Positions 1 to 9,047 of a stretch of DNA of 64,000 nt are shown piece by piece. The stretch is from positions 10,281 to 74,280 of the forward strand of contig JAZSOD010000085.1 of the NCBI GenBank assembly GCA_045536775.1. Reading direction: 5' to 3'. This DNA comes from Eubacteriales bacterium (GTDB lineage Bacteria; Bacillota; Clostridia; Oscillospirales; CAG-272). Positions within the stretch are counted from its first letter, which is position 1. Every line of letters starts with the position of its first letter. Both the position numbers and the translations under genes were made by a program. Under the pieces are notes generated by a model. The model was not told where the DNA came from, did not search any database, and saw only the letters and a list, made by a program, of their open reading frames with translations.

Positions 1-1252
1 TAATTATGTTGAGTTCACTCGAGCCCTGATCTATCATTTTGATGTTAACTCCTGCTTTGAAGATTGCAGAGAAAATTCTTGAAGCAGTACCCTTTGCCTC
101 GACCATTCCGCGGCCAACTATTGCGATAAGTGCTATACCGTCTTCAACAGACATGCTGTCAGGCGTTACCGCCTTGAATATACCGTTTAGAACGCGCTCC
201 TTGTTTTCCTGCATTTCATTTGTAGAAACAATAACGGACATCGTATCAATACCCGAAGGCATATGCTCGAAGCTGATACCGTTGTTTTCAATGACCTCAA
301 GGACGCGGCGACAGAAACCAAGCTCGGAGTTCATCATATCCTTTTCAATGGTGAGTGTAGAAAATCCCTTTTTACCGGCAAGACCTGTAATTACGCCGTG
401 TCCGTCGTTTTTATCGGACGTTGCCACGATGAGAGTTCCCTTGGCTTTAGGGTTATTTGTGTTTCTGATGTTTATCGGGATTCCTGCAAATCTTACAGGG
501 AAGATCGCGTCCTCGTGAAGAACCGTAGCGCCCATATAGGAAAGCTCTCTGAGCTCTCTGTAGGTGATTATTTCAATTATCTTGGGGTCCTTGACTATCC
601 TTGGGTCTGCCATGAGGAAACCGTCAACGTCGGTCCAGTTTTCGTAAACGTCAGCGCCTACCGCACGTGCAACGATAGAGCCTGTTATATCGGATCCGCC
701 CCTCGAAAACGTCTTTATAGTGTCATTGGGCATTGAGCCGTAAAAGCCGGGAATTACTGCGTACTCATGCTTTTTGAGTTCATCAGAAAGAGCGAGATTG
801 GTTCTTTCAGCATCAAAAACGCCGTTTTCCGTAAAGAATATAAACTCAGCGGGATCTATGAAATCAAAGTCGAGGTATTTTGCAAGTATAAGACCGTTAA
901 GGTACTCTCCGCGACTTGCCGCGAAGTCCTTACCAGCCTTATGAGCGAATGCGGTCTTGATAAGCGTGTATTCCTTTTCAAGAGACATATCAAGTCCGAG
1001 CTCTTCGATTATTCCGTTATATCTTTTTTCGATTATTGCGAAATATTCGTCAATTATATCGCCTGCAGCCGCCATCGAATAACAGCTGTAAAGCATATCG
1101 GTAACCTTTGTATCATCCTTATGTCTTTTACCCGGAGCCGAGGGTACTACGTACTTTCTCGAACTATCGGATTTAATTATGTCATAAACTTTTTTGAATT
1201 GCGTAGCATCCGCAAGCGAACTTCCACCGAATTTTACTACCTTTTTCTGCAC
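1..1252 (-). CDS. Aspartate kinase (partial; C-terminal end runs off the left window edge)
   Basis: Absent from the ORF track because it is truncated. My minus-strand translation from GTG at 1250-1252 (RBS AAGGAGA upstream) gives VQKKVVKFGGSSLADATQFKKVYDIIKSDSSRKYVVPSAPGKRHKDDTKVTDMLY... It ends ...SAIFKAGVNIKMIDQGSSELNII at the window edge. The KFGGSS kinase motif and ACT-domain-like end are typical of aspartokinase. The + strand ORFs at 39-1255 are antisense shadows. Confidence 0.9.
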   Translation of the reverse strand, partial: MQKKVVKFGGSSLADATQFKKVYDIIKSDSSRKYVVPSAPGKRHKDDTKVTDMLYSCYSMAAAGDIIDEYFAIIEKRYNGIIEELGLDMSLEKEYTLIKTAFAHKAGKDFAASRGEYLNGLILAKYLDFDFIDPAEFIFFTENGVFDAERTNLALSDELKKHEYAVIPGFYGSMPNDTIKTFSRGGSDITGSIVARAVGADVYENWTDVDGFLMADPRIVKDPKIIEIITYRELRELSYMGATVLHEDAIFPVRFAGIPINIRNTNNPKAKGTLIVATSDKNDGHGVITGLAGKKGFSTLTIEKDMMNSELGFCRRVLEVIENNGISFEHMPSGIDTMSVIVSTNEMQENKERVLNGIFKAVTPDSMSVEDGIALIAIVGRGMVEAKGTASRIFSAIFKAGVNIKMIDQGSSELNII

Positions 1253-1285
1253 TGATCTTTCTCCTTATTGCACAACGGTATTAAC

Positions 1286-1314
1286 ATTATATGTAATTAA
1301 AAGAATTTTGTCAA
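1286..1314 (-). promoter_or_regulatory. Sigma-A-type promoter of the aspartate kinase gene
   Basis: The minus strand reads TTGACA, 17 nt, TATAAT (-35 at 1309-1314, -10 at 1286-1291). It lies about 30 nt upstream of the GTG start. The leader is too short for a lysine riboswitch. Confidence 0.6.
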
Positions 1315-1401
1315 GAATTTACACGTTTCGCAAATAATGTTTGTCAAAAAAGACAACTATTCCCCGTCATACGCTTTGAAATTTGTTGTTTTTTGGTTAA
1401 T

Positions 1402-1437
1402 AAAAAAGCACAACCGACAAAATCATGTCGGCTGTGC
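1402..1437 (-). terminator. Rho-independent terminator after the VanY-like gene
   Basis: Minus-strand sense reads GCACAGCCGAC-loop-GTCGGTTGTGC (11-bp stem with one G.U pair) followed by TTTTTT. It starts 6 nt after the stop at 1444. Confidence 0.8.
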
Positions 1438-1443
1438 AGGAAA

Positions 1444-2976
1444 TCAAAGTCCAAGATATTCAACGTATTCATCGAGGGAGAGTCCTAAAGCGTTCATTCT
1501 GACAGCGTGATATCTTCCGACGTATCTGAACTGACTCATACTTGTTGAGACTCCGGTAACGTCCGCTTTTTCGGCAGGATATCTCTGGATAAATCCAAAT
1601 TTATACGAGTTTGCACAAAACCATGCATACGCCATTGAATTGGTAAATTCGGCACCGTTTGTCATGCCAATATCAAGTGTCAGACCCGTCTGATGCTCGT
1701 CGCGGCCGGGTGTAGAAACTGTAGCCGCAGCATAACGTTTTGCTTGCTGAGCTCCGAGTAGAGGCGTGTACTTGTCAATTGTATCGTTATATTCCTTCTC
1801 AAGCTCGTCATAGCTTACGTATGCCTTGGTTACGGTGATACCTGTAACGCCGCAAGCGGATGCTTCTTTGTACATAGCCTTAAAAGACATTGCCGCATAT
1901 TCTTTAAGATACATTCCGCTACCGAGATCGAGCAAGGACAGTCCTGTTGGAATATAATCCTCGGAAAGTTTATGATCTTCGTTTACGAGCGTTAAAAATT
2001 CGGTAGTGCTTCCGGGGTTCATATATTCTTCGAAATCAGAAAGATCCGAATTAAATTCAAACTTAGGCATAACTACGGCCGTATCGTCTTCTGCGATAGA
2101 AGCACTGACTACGGGGGCTTTAAGCTTGAAAGAAATGTCAGCGTAAGAAGCGGGCTTACCATCTGTGATTTTACCGTCTGCATCTACGGTATTAAGCATA
2201 ATTCTTGAAACCGAATAAACCTTTTCCTTTGTATCCGAAGATATGTCGAAGCCATCTATATAGTTAGAAATGAATTGTTCGTTAACATAAAGATCTCCGT
2301 CTTTGTAAAAAGCTTTACCGGGCATTTTTACCTTTACCGTGTTGATAACAGCTACGTCGCTTCCGACTGCGAAGGATATGGTTTCGCTCTCGTCGCCCTT
2401 AATGATATACTTCATATTGTCAATACTTCCTACCATTGCGAAACCGTAGAATTCCGCAATTCGTGAAAAGTTGATATATCTCTTTCCGTCTTCACCTACG
2501 ACATAACCGTCCCTGACTTCAAGCTTTGCATCATAATCTGATAAAACAAGCTGATAATCGCTAACATCAGGATCTTTATGCGAAAACAAATTTATAAAGA
2601 AAACGGAGGCGAAAAGTACCGACATAACAAGAAATGCCATACCTACAAGAGTAATAAACGCTACAAAACGCTTGGACTTGTACTTAAGCGCTTGTTTTTT
2701 TCTTTCTTTTTCTTCTTTGATTATTCGCTTCTTGATCTCGTTTTCTTTTGCAACATTCAGCTTCGCTTCGGCAGCCTTAGCCTCTGCTGTTTTCTTTTGT
2801 TCCTTGACCTTGGGAGCTACACGCGGTCTGCTTGTGCTCGTTGAGCGGGAAAGTGCCTCTTTCGAAGTGCCGATACTTGTCTTTTGCGAGTTATTTACGC
2901 GCGCCACGGTACGTTTATTGTCGCTTGTCTGCTTGCGAGCAGTATTCTGTGGCTTTTCAACTTTTTTATTATCCAA
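1444..2976 (-). CDS. Membrane-anchored VanY/M15B-type D-Ala-D-Ala carboxypeptidase-like protein with a basic N-terminal tail
   Basis: 510-aa ORF with a TTG start. It has a Lys/Ser/Thr-rich N-terminus of about 100 aa and one TM helix (FVAFITLVGMAFLVMSVLFASVFFINLF). The C-terminal VanY-type block reads DEHQTGLTLDI...FGFIQRYPAEK...FRYVG. The expected ExxH motif reads SMSQ instead (see findings). Confidence 0.75.
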   Translation of the reverse strand: MDNKKVEKPQNTARKQTSDNKRTVARVNNSQKTSIGTSKEALSRSTSTSRPRVAPKVKEQKKTAEAKAAEAKLNVAKENEIKKRIIKEEKERKKQALKYKSKRFVAFITLVGMAFLVMSVLFASVFFINLFSHKDPDVSDYQLVLSDYDAKLEVRDGYVVGEDGKRYINFSRIAEFYGFAMVGSIDNMKYIIKGDESETISFAVGSDVAVINTVKVKMPGKAFYKDGDLYVNEQFISNYIDGFDISSDTKEKVYSVSRIMLNTVDADGKITDGKPASYADISFKLKAPVVSASIAEDDTAVVMPKFEFNSDLSDFEEYMNPGSTTEFLTLVNEDHKLSEDYIPTGLSLLDLGSGMYLKEYAAMSFKAMYKEASACGVTGITVTKAYVSYDELEKEYNDTIDKYTPLLGAQQAKRYAAATVSTPGRDEHQTGLTLDIGMTNGAEFTNSMAYAWFCANSYKFGFIQRYPAEKADVTGVSTSMSQFRYVGRYHAVRMNALGLSLDEYVEYLGL

Positions 2977-3059
2977 TTTTACACCGCCGTTTTATTTTTT
3001 AGTGTGTCCTTAAACATAATACCATATACGCATAAAAAAGTAAATAGAGGTTTGTAATT

Positions 3060-3455
3060 TTAAGTTTTGGTAAAGGTTACCGTTTTGCAGACCGGACACG
3101 TAACCTTAAGCTCTCCCCTGCCCTTGGGTACTCTGAGATTGTTGTGACACGTACTGCACTCAAAATATTTATGAGTTTTCCTGTCCTTGAGCTTATTCTT
3201 TTCAAGTCTGAACTTCTTTGAAAGCGAGCTTTTAATATTTAGGAATTTCACGTTCTCCGCAGAGCGTCTGTAAATGTTTTTTGACAAAAATCTGTAAATT
3301 TCCCAGATCATCAGAGCGTACGACGCGATATAGAGGAGTTCAAATGAAAATACCGACGATATAAGAGACAAGTAAATTGACATTATTAAAATAGCGTACC
3401 CAAGCTTGTCGATACCGTATCTGCCGTACATAAATCTATAAAACTTTTCTTTCAT
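3060..3455 (-). CDS. Small membrane protein with C-terminal zinc ribbon
   Basis: 131 aa with an RBS GGAGA 8 nt upstream. It has two hydrophobic helices followed by CSTCHNNLRVPKGRGELKVTCPVCK (CxxC...CxxC). Confidence 0.6.
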   Translation of the reverse strand: MKEKFYRFMYGRYGIDKLGYAILIMSIYLSLISSVFSFELLYIASYALMIWEIYRFLSKNIYRRSAENVKFLNIKSSLSKKFRLEKNKLKDRKTHKYFECSTCHNNLRVPKGRGELKVTCPVCKTVTFTKT

Positions 3456-3564
3456 AACCGGGTCTCCGAAGCATTTATTCGAGAAAAAATCTCCACAAGA
3501 TAAGTATACATAAGAAAATGTCGTAAATTTACAGAAATTTGTAAATATTTTGTTGATATTGCTA

Positions 3565-3593
3565 TTGAAGTATTCAAAAAAATGAGCTATAAT
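3565..3593 (+). promoter_or_regulatory. Putative promoter of the mrp-like gene
   Basis: TTGAAG (3565-3570), 17 nt, TATAAT (3588-3593), about 50 nt upstream of the ATG at 3643. Confidence 0.55.
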
Positions 3594-3642
3594 ATAATTG
3601 AAATCGCGTTATTCTACGCACTATCTGAAAGGAAGATGAAAA

Positions 3643-4479
3643 ATGTCTGATATGAACAATGAATGCACGCACGACTGTTCGACGTGTTCTGCTAACTGCT
3701 CATCGAGAGAACCTGCGAGCTTGCTTGAGTCTCCTCACGAGCTTTCCAACATAAAAAAAGTCATAGGCGTATTCAGTGCCAAGGGCGGTGTCGGTAAATC
3801 AGCGGTTACATCCATGCTTGCCGTTACGACACAGCGTTTGGGCTTCAAGACCGCCGTGCTTGATGCTGACATAACAGGGCCTTCAATACCTAAGATCTTT
3901 GGTCTTCAGGGCGAAGTAATGGGAGACGGCAACGGAGGAATATTCCCGCTTGAGACTAAAACGGGAATCGAGGCTATGAGTGTAAATCTTCTCTTGTCCG
4001 ATAAAGAAACTCCTGTTTTGTGGCGCGGTCCCGTTATTGCGGGAACGGTGAAGCAGTTCTGGTCACAAGTTATCTGGAACGACGTAGATTATATGTATAT
4101 CGATATGCCTCCCGGAACGGGCGACGTACCGCTTACTATTTTCCAGTCAGTGCCTCTTGACGGTATTATAATCGTCACAAGCCCTCAGGAGCTTTCAAAT
4201 ATGATAGTTTCCAAGGCCGTAAATATGGCTAAGATGATGAATATTCCCATAATAGGAATAATTGAAAACATGAGCTATTACAAGTGTCCTGACTGCGGAA
4301 AAGAATATAAGGTCTTCGGTGAAAGCCACGTGGAAGAAACTGCTGAAAAGTTTGGTCTTAAGGTGCTTGCTAAGATTCCGATCGATCCCAAGCTTGCGGC
4401 GCTTTCCGATAAGGGCATGATAGAGCTTATGGAAAACGACTATTTAGACTCGGCGTTCTCAGAAATAGAAAAAGCATAA
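3643..4479 (+). CDS. Mrp/NBP35/ApbC-family iron-sulfur cluster carrier ATPase
   Basis: Deviant Walker A SAKGGVGKS, and a CPDC (CxxC) motif in YYKCPDCGKEY. An N-terminal Cys cluster reads CTHDCSTCSANC. Confidence 0.9.
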   Translation: MSDMNNECTHDCSTCSANCSSREPASLLESPHELSNIKKVIGVFSAKGGVGKSAVTSMLAVTTQRLGFKTAVLDADITGPSIPKIFGLQGEVMGDGNGGIFPLETKTGIEAMSVNLLLSDKETPVLWRGPVIAGTVKQFWSQVIWNDVDYMYIDMPPGTGDVPLTIFQSVPLDGIIIVTSPQELSNMIVSKAVNMAKMMNIPIIGIIENMSYYKCPDCGKEYKVFGESHVEETAEKFGLKVLAKIPIDPKLAALSDKGMIELMENDYLDSAFSEIEKA

Positions 4480-4483
4480 ATAA

Positions 4484-4512
4484 GGAAATCCGCGTTTTTT
4501 GCGCGGATTTCC
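4484..4512. terminator. Hairpin terminator between convergent mrp and dapA
   Basis: GGAAATCCGCG-TTTTTTG-CGCGGATTTCC, a perfect 11-bp stem lying between the stop codons at 4479 and 4518. Confidence 0.7.
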
Positions 4513-4517
4513 TCTGA

Positions 4518-5411
4518 TTATACGATATTATATTCTGACAAAACCTTTTTAAGTAACGATAATTTCCGAGGATTTATGTGACATAACGGAAGTCTCATTT
4601 CGTCACTGCAAAGCCCCATAAGATGCATTGCGGTTTTTACGGGTATGGGGTTTACTTCGGAGAACAACGCATCTATTAATTTAAGGATACCTCTTTGTTC
4701 TCTGCCCGCCTCGACTGACTTTCCGTCGAAAGCAAGCTTACACATATTGACTGTTCTCGAAGGAATTATGTTTGACACGACCGAAACGACTCCCGATCCT
4801 CCTATGGATATTATCGGAACCGTAAGCTCGTCGTTTCCGCTGTAAATATTGAATTCTTCCCCGCACGCGTTGATAATTCTTTCCGGAACGGAAATACTGC
4901 CGCTGGCTTCTTTTACTCCGCAAATATTTTCATGCCTTGATAGAATCTCGTAAGCCTCGAGCGGTATATCCATACCGGTTCTTGAGGGCACGTTATATAA
5001 AAGGACGGGAATCCCTGCAGCATCCGCTATTTCCTCGAAGCTTTTTATAAGACCTTCTTTGCTCGCTTTATTGTAATAAGGTGTTACCGTCAATACTGCA
5101 TCTGCGCCACATTCTCCGGCGAATTTGGATAAGCTGACGGCTTTGCTGATGTTGTTGCACCCGGTCCCCGCTATAATCGGAACTCTTCCGCTTGATTTGT
5201 TTACCGAAAACTCTATTATTTTTCGTTTTTCGCTATCTTCAAGGGTTGCCGATTCGCCGGTTGTACCGCAAACGACTATAGCGTCAATGCCCTCGGATAT
5301 TTGGAATTCTATTATTTTCCCAAGACTGTCGTAATCTACTGATCCTTTTGAAAACGGTGTTACTGTTGCGGTTGCAACTCCCTTGAAAACACATTTTTTT
5401 AACTTACTCAT
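4518..5411 (-). CDS. dapA: 4-hydroxy-tetrahydrodipicolinate synthase
   Basis: DapA-like throughout: TPF, GTTGES, VTPYYNK, and the Schiff-base Lys in GVKEASG. The track ORF begins with TTG at 5423. I prefer the ATG at 5411 (MSKLKK...), which has GGAG 6 nt upstream. Confidence 0.9.
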   Translation of the reverse strand: MSKLKKCVFKGVATATVTPFSKGSVDYDSLGKIIEFQISEGIDAIVVCGTTGESATLEDSEKRKIIEFSVNKSSGRVPIIAGTGCNNISKAVSLSKFAGECGADAVLTVTPYYNKASKEGLIKSFEEIADAAGIPVLLYNVPSRTGMDIPLEAYEILSRHENICGVKEASGSISVPERIINACGEEFNIYSGNDELTVPIISIGGSGVVSVVSNIIPSRTVNMCKLAFDGKSVEAGREQRGILKLIDALFSEVNPIPVKTAMHLMGLCSDEMRLPLCHINPRKLSLLKKVLSEYNIV

Positions 5412-5465
5412 ATTGCGCTCCAATTCATAAATATTCTAAATTGCTGATGATAACGGAGAAACTTA

Positions 5466-6533
5466 ATGATTAACAACGAAAGAACCCCCTGCTCGCTTAC
5501 AACCAAAGATTTCTGGTATAACCTACCTGAGGAGCTTATAGCTCAGACCCCGTCTGAAAAGCGCGACCATTCAAGACTTATGGTACTGAACAGAGAAAAT
5601 CGAACGGTTACCCACAAGAGCTTTTACAATATTATCGACTACTTAAACAAGGGCGATGTTCTTGTTATCAATAATTCAAAAGTCATACCCGCAAGACTTT
5701 ACGGCGCTAAGGCGGATACAGGTGTCCCGATAGAAACGGTTTTGCTTCGTCAAAAAAAGCTTGACGTTTGGGAAGCTCTTACAAGACCGGGCAAAAGATG
5801 TAAACCCGGCACTAATATTATATACGGAGAGGGGATTCTCCGTGCCGAGGTTATAGATACGATCGAGGGCGGCAACAGGATATTGTCATTTACCTATGAT
5901 AAAGAAAAATATGAAAACATCTACAACGTGCTTGAGCTTGTCGGCAATATGCCTCTCCCGCCTTATATAACCGAAAAGCTCTGTGACAACAGCCGCTACC
6001 AGACGGTATATGCCGAGCACGAGGGCTCTGCTGCTGCGCCAACGGCAGGACTGCATTTTACAAAGGAGCTTTTGTCTGAAATTCAAGCGAAAGGCGTTAA
6101 AATAGCACCGGTTATGCTTCACGTTGGTCTTGGCACATTCAGACCCGTCAAGGTCGATAATCTTACCGAGCACGTTATGCATACTGAATTCATTTCGATT
6201 TCCGAGGAATCCGCAGATATCATCAACGAGTGCAGAAGAAGCGGAGGCAGAGTTATAGCAGTTGGTACAACATCATGCAGAACGCTTGAAAGTGCATCTG
6301 ACGAAAACGGAATGGTTCATTCCGTAAGCGGAGATACCGGTATTTTTATATATCCCGGATATAAATTCAAAGTAACAGATGCTCTTATAACTAATTTTCA
6401 TTTGCCCGAGAGCACACTTTTGATGCTTGTCAGCGCGCTTGCAGATAAAGATTTTATAATGAATGCCTACGAAACCGCGATCAACGAACGCTACAGATTC
6501 TTCTCTTTTGGTGACGCTATGCTGATAGTATAA
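5466..6533 (+). CDS. queA: S-adenosylmethionine:tRNA ribosyltransferase-isomerase
   Basis: 355 aa. The N-terminus F(W)[24 protein letters not shown] and the C-terminus [14 protein letters not shown] are characteristic of QueA. RBS is GGAGA. Confidence 0.95.
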   Translation: MINNERTPCSLTTKDFWYNLPEELIAQTPSEKRDHSRLMVLNRENRTVTHKSFYNIIDYLNKGDVLVINNSKVIPARLYGAKADTGVPIETVLLRQKKLDVWEALTRPGKRCKPGTNIIYGEGILRAEVIDTIEGGNRILSFTYDKEKYENIYNVLELVGNMPLPPYITEKLCDNSRYQTVYAEHEGSAAAPTAGLHFTKELLSEIQAKGVKIAPVMLHVGLGTFRPVKVDNLTEHVMHTEFISISEESADIINECRRSGGRVIAVGTTSCRTLESASDENGMVHSVSGDTGIFIYPGYKFKVTDALITNFHLPESTLLMLVSALADKDFIMNAYETAINERYRFFSFGDAMLIV

Positions 6534-6716
6534 AAGATTTATACTATCAGCAGATAAGAGATAAGGGAGAAAGATAAGAGAAAATGAAGCTTTTTGCTTT
6601 GGCAAAAAGCAACCATTTCTGTTCACTCTTCACTTTTATCTTTTCACTCATCGAAGTTTTGCATCTTATATGCTATAAACTTCGATGATGCAATGTACAT
6701 TAAATAAAAGATTTAT
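6521..6716. repeat. Highly structured queA-miaA intergenic region flanked by a 13-bp direct repeat
   Basis: The direct repeat ATAAAAGATTTAT occurs at 6530-6542 and 6704-6716. Hairpin 1 is GCTGATAGTAT/ATACTATCAGC (6521-6551). Hairpin 2 is GCTTTTTGC/GCAAAAAGC (6589-6610). Hairpin 3 is CATCGAAGTTT/AAACTTCGATG (6649-6687). A palindrome AATGTACATT sits at 6692-6701. Confidence 0.6.
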
Positions 6717-6793
6717 CAAACAAACGAGTATTAACTCCTCGCATCTTACGTATATCAAAAAACTAAAGTTTAATAAGTAATTATGGTGCGTTT

Positions 6794-7774
6794 ATGAAAA
6801 GTAAAATTATCGTAATAGTCGGTCCTACCGCTGCCGGTAAATCGGCTTTGGCCATAGAGTTAGCAAAGAGATTCGGAGGTGAAATTGTCTCCTGTGACTC
6901 GATGCAGGTATATAAACATATGAATATCGGTACTGCAAAGCCGAGCGCGGAAGAGATGTCAATTATACGACATCATATGATAGACATTGCCGAGCCGGAT
7001 GCAACAGAACCGTTTTCCTGCGCATCTTTTACATCTATGGCAAAAAGGGTAATCGAAGATATATTATCAAGAGGCAAAGTGCCGATACTTTGTGGAGGAA
7101 CGGGACTATATATTGACAGCATTGTAAACAATACAGAATTCTCGGATATGAATATCGACTTGACATACCGTCAAGAGCTGTTCTCTCTTGCTAAACGCGA
7201 GGGTAATAACTACCTACACGGATTATTGGAACAAATAGACCCTCAAGCTGCGGCATCAATACACCCTAACAACGTAAAACGCGTAATTAGAGCACTTGAG
7301 ATCTACAAATTCACCGGCAAAACAAAGACCGAATGTGATGATGCTTCACATAACAATGAAAGCCCGTATGACGCTACGTACATAGGTATATCCTACGCAG
7401 ACAGAGATAAGCTCTATGCCAGGATTGACAGAAGAGTTGACTTAATGATGCTGAACGGGTTGTTTGAGGAGGTCTCAGGATTGTATGAAAGAAACATACT
7501 CAGCAAAGGCTCAACTGCTGCTCAGGCGATAGGATATAAGGAATTGTTCTCTGTTATTCTTGGAGAGATCGGACTTGATACCGCTGTTGAAAATATAAAA
7601 CGGGAAACAAGAAGATATGCTAAGCGGCAGTTAACCTGGTTTAAGCGCAACCCTCGTATAAGGTGGTTTTATCCCGATGAGTTTCTTGAGTCAGATATTG
7701 GGTCAACATTTGAAATTATTGTAAATAATGCCGCAGAGTACTTAAAATCGCAAGGGTTTTGTGATATAATTTAA
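6794..7774 (+). CDS. miaA: tRNA dimethylallyltransferase
   Basis: P-loop GPTAAGKS, DSMQVYKHMNIGTAKP, and the C-terminal YAKRQLTWF motif. Confidence 0.95.
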   Translation: MKSKIIVIVGPTAAGKSALAIELAKRFGGEIVSCDSMQVYKHMNIGTAKPSAEEMSIIRHHMIDIAEPDATEPFSCASFTSMAKRVIEDILSRGKVPILCGGTGLYIDSIVNNTEFSDMNIDLTYRQELFSLAKREGNNYLHGLLEQIDPQAAASIHPNNVKRVIRALEIYKFTGKTKTECDDASHNNESPYDATYIGISYADRDKLYARIDRRVDLMMLNGLFEEVSGLYERNILSKGSTAAQAIGYKELFSVILGEIGLDTAVENIKRETRRYAKRQLTWFKRNPRIRWFYPDEFLESDIGSTFEIIVNNAAEYLKSQGFCDII

Positions 7775-7802
7775 GTCATAGTAAAATTTGTGTGGTGAAG
7801 AT

Positions 7803-9047
7803 ATGGAAAGAACATTAAAAAACAGAATTTCCGGATATGTTCTGTCAGGACTCGTGTTTGTTGTTTTGACGGGGTATCTCGTTTATCATATGTTTTTTTA
7901 TTCTTCCAATAACATAATAACAGAATTTGCATATCCCGTCACGGAAAGAATCTATCTGTCTGCTGATGCATACGTTATGAGAAACGAAAAGTTGATAACC
8001 GTCGGAGAGACGGGAGCGTCTGCATCATACTATTTTAATGACGGAGAAAAAATATCCAAAAATGCAATTATTGCTGCCGTTTACAAAGGTCACGCCGACT
8101 CGCACGGTGGAGCTCTTGCTGAAATAGATAAAAGGATTGATTTTCTCGAAAAAAGCAGCATTGATAATACCTTTTTAACATCCGATACATCCTCTATTGA
8201 TAAAAAGATCGATTCTTTGTATTATTCCGCTCGCATTTCTCTTAATGATAATAATATAGAAGCTTCTGCGGTGTATTCTAACGAAATCCTTACGCTCATG
8301 AATAAGAGGATGATTATCACAGGTGAATCATCAGGTTTTAAGGATCAGGTAGAACAATTGCTCAGACAAAGGGAGAGATACGAGTCGTCCTATGGTGACA
8401 ACTCTACCCCGCTTACATCTGATATTTCAGGATTTTTTTACTCAAGTTGCGACGGATATGAAAACTTATTTACCGCTGATAAAGCGCTTTCTATGTCTTA
8501 TGACGATTTTGAATCTATGATTCTTGAGTCTCCCGACCCTGAAGCAATCAACGCCGTTTGTAAAATTGCGTATGATTACAGATGGTATTTGTCGTGCCCT
8601 GTGAAAAAGACGGATCTCAAAAATTTCACGGTAGGCAAAACTTACACGGTTGTTTTTGAGACTAACGGAAACAAAGAGCTTGACCTCACTCTTGCAAAAA
8701 CGTTGTCTGATACCAATGGTGATGGCGCAGTACTCGTATTTGAATCATTTGACTGTCCTGCTGATTTTTCGTTTACAAGGCTTCAGTCTGTAAAAATAGT
8801 TGAAAACTCGATAAACGGTATTAAAGTCCCCGTCAGCGCACTTCGAATCGTTGACGGACAGGAAGGCGTATATATTCTTTACGGCTCTAAAGTTTTTTTC
8901 TGTAAGATCGATATCGTGGGACGAAACGAGAATTACTATATTGCGGCTAATCCCGATTTGAGCAAAACACCTTACGGAGTACTTTGCGTGTATGACAACA
9001 TAATCGTAAGCGGTAAAGATCTCTACGAAGGCAAGGTGATCAACTGA
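7803..9047 (+). CDS. Membrane-anchored HlyD/efflux-adaptor-like protein of unknown role
   Basis: The track ORF starts at TTG 7788. I prefer ATG 7803 (MERTLKNR...). It has one N-terminal TM helix, a central helical region and a beta-rich C-terminus. The functional call is weak. Confidence 0.45.
   Translation: MERTLKNRISGYVLSGLVFVVLTGYLVYHMFFYSSNNIITEFAYPVTERIYLSADAYVMRNEKLITVGETGASASYYFNDGEKISKNAIIAAVYKGHADSHGGALAEIDKRIDFLEKSSIDNTFLTSDTSSIDKKIDSLYYSARISLNDNNIEASAVYSNEILTLMNKRMIITGESSGFKDQVEQLLRQRERYESSYGDNSTPLTSDISGFFYSSCDGYENLFTADKALSMSYDDFESMILESPDPEAINAVCKIAYDYRWYLSCPVKKTDLKNFTVGKTYTVVFETNGNKELDLTLAKTLSDTNGDGAVLVFESFDCPADFSFTRLQSVKIVENSINGIKVPVSALRIVDGQEGVYILYGSKVFFCKIDIVGRNENYYIAANPDLSKTPYGVLCVYDNIIVSGKDLYEGKVIN

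Noticed and set aside
39-1255. Three + strand ORFs (159, 157 and 162 aa) at the left edge
   Set aside because: All are antisense shadows of the truncated aspartate kinase gene. That gene is missing from the track only because it runs off the window.
1253-1443. Lysine (L-box) riboswitch upstream of aspartate kinase, and likewise upstream of dapA (5412-5465)
   Set aside because: The distance from promoter to start is only about 30 nt for the kinase. The dapA-queA divergent spacer is about 50 bp. Both are far too short for an L-box, and no conserved core was seen.
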